64,000 nt of DNA, taken from assembly GCA_965202805.1 (NCBI GenBank), contig OZ241869.1:992001-1056000 (forward strand), given 5' to 3'. A program made the translations under genes and the position numbers. The notes under the pieces are model-generated. The model had not been told where the DNA came from, made no database searches, and saw nothing but the letters and a program-made list of their open reading frames with translations. The DNA is from Longimicrobiales bacterium. GTDB taxonomy: Bacteria; Gemmatimonadota; Gemmatimonadetes; Longimicrobiales; Gaopeijiaceae. Shown piece after piece: positions 63,391-64,000 of the stretch; within the stretch, counting starts at the first letter, position 1, and every line of letters begins with the position of its first letter.

Positions 63391-63711
63391 CTATTCTGTT
63401 TCGGCGATACCGGCCAGCTCGATCGGTGGCCGGTCGGGGAACCTCGCGATCAACGAGAGGCTGCCTCCCATTGCCTCGACGGTCTTGCGCAGCGTCGAGA
63501 GGAGGAGGTCGCTGCGCTGCTCCATCCTGGAGATGCCCTCCTGGCCGATGCCAAGTTCACGAGCCAGGCTGACTTGTGTGAGCTTACGGGCTTTGCGCAG
63601 TTCGCGCAGCGTCATCTCCTCCGCAATGAGTTCGGCAGCGCGCTCCTCAACCCGGCCCCGCCGCGTAGGGTCAAGTCCTTCGATCAGGTCGTCCACGTTC
63701 AATGCCATCAT
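63391..63711 (-). CDS. XRE-family HTH antitoxin (HigA-like)
   Basis: MTLRELRKARKLTQ..LA..LGIGQ..ISRMEQRSDLLLSTLRKTVEAMGG. Confidence 0.9.
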   Translation of the reverse strand: MMALNVDDLIEGLDPTRRGRVEERAAELIAEEMTLRELRKARKLTQVSLARELGIGQEGISRMEQRSDLLLSTLRKTVEAMGGSLSLIARFPDRPPIELAGIAETE

Positions 63712-63722
63712 GTTTCTCCTTC

Positions 63723-63824
63723 CTAAGCCAGTGTTGCCAAGTGTCGCTCGAAGCGCTCGTCGACCTTGCGGAGCACATGGAACTCGGGCGCGAACTCATC
63801 GGCGATCTCGACCGTCCAGTTCAT
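63723..63824 (-). pseudogene. RelE/HigB-like toxin remnant with in-frame internal deletion (33 aa)
   Basis: MNWTVEIADEFAPEFHVL fused to RKVDERFERHLATLA, matching the N- and C-termini of this toxin family; directly upstream of the antitoxin. Confidence 0.75.
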
Positions 63825-63831
63825 CGTTGCA

Positions 63832-63851
63832 ATATGTCTTCGACGACATAT
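63832..63851. promoter_or_regulatory. TA operator inverted repeat ATATGTC-N6-GACATAT
   Basis: Perfect 7-bp arms just upstream of the toxin start. Confidence 0.65.
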
Positions 63852-64000
63852 GCTGGCAATGGGCGGGGCATCCTTCTAGCGCACACTCACCCGAACAGCC
63901 GCTCTCCCAGCCCCCGCTCGCACGTGCCCATACCCTCCGTTGCCGCCCCGCATCCGCTCGAATCCTTCCACACCCACATCGATCAGGGGGATGCTCGGGT

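Overview
GC-rich bacterial chromosomal segment. The protein families and lipoprotein/propeller content suggest Gemmatimonadota (Longimicrobiales-like); this is an inference. The backbone is housekeeping and metabolic: a one-piece HK-REC-wHTH regulator, ridA plus a PLP enzyme, TlpA, an Omp85-family protein, mlaEFD, acnA, nfeD-floA, an acyl-CoA/beta-oxidation cluster, rplU-rpmA, RNase E/G, recQ, and a meaB/B12-mutase small subunit/carboxyltransferase/AtuA cluster. The main accessory feature is an 11.35-kb integrative mobilizable element (11575-22947) bounded by an exact 19-bp direct repeat. That repeat spans the 5' end, not the usual 3' end, of tRNA-Leu(CAA). The predicted native tRNA promoter therefore points into the element's co-oriented cargo, and the intact tRNA sits downstream of the integrase. 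The element encodes a tyrosine integrase, a putative oriT, mobC and a CTG-start relaxase. Its unusual cargo comprises a stand-alone LPD38 (polyvalent/phage-protein-like) protein, a J-domain-TM-DsbA fusion, a mini ParB/Srx-like protein, a membrane Zn-finger protein and Ala-rich orphans. The right end holds an intact XRE antitoxin whose toxin has collapsed by an in-frame deletion. Short duplications recur at gene junctions. All family calls come from motif recognition by eye; no database searches were run.
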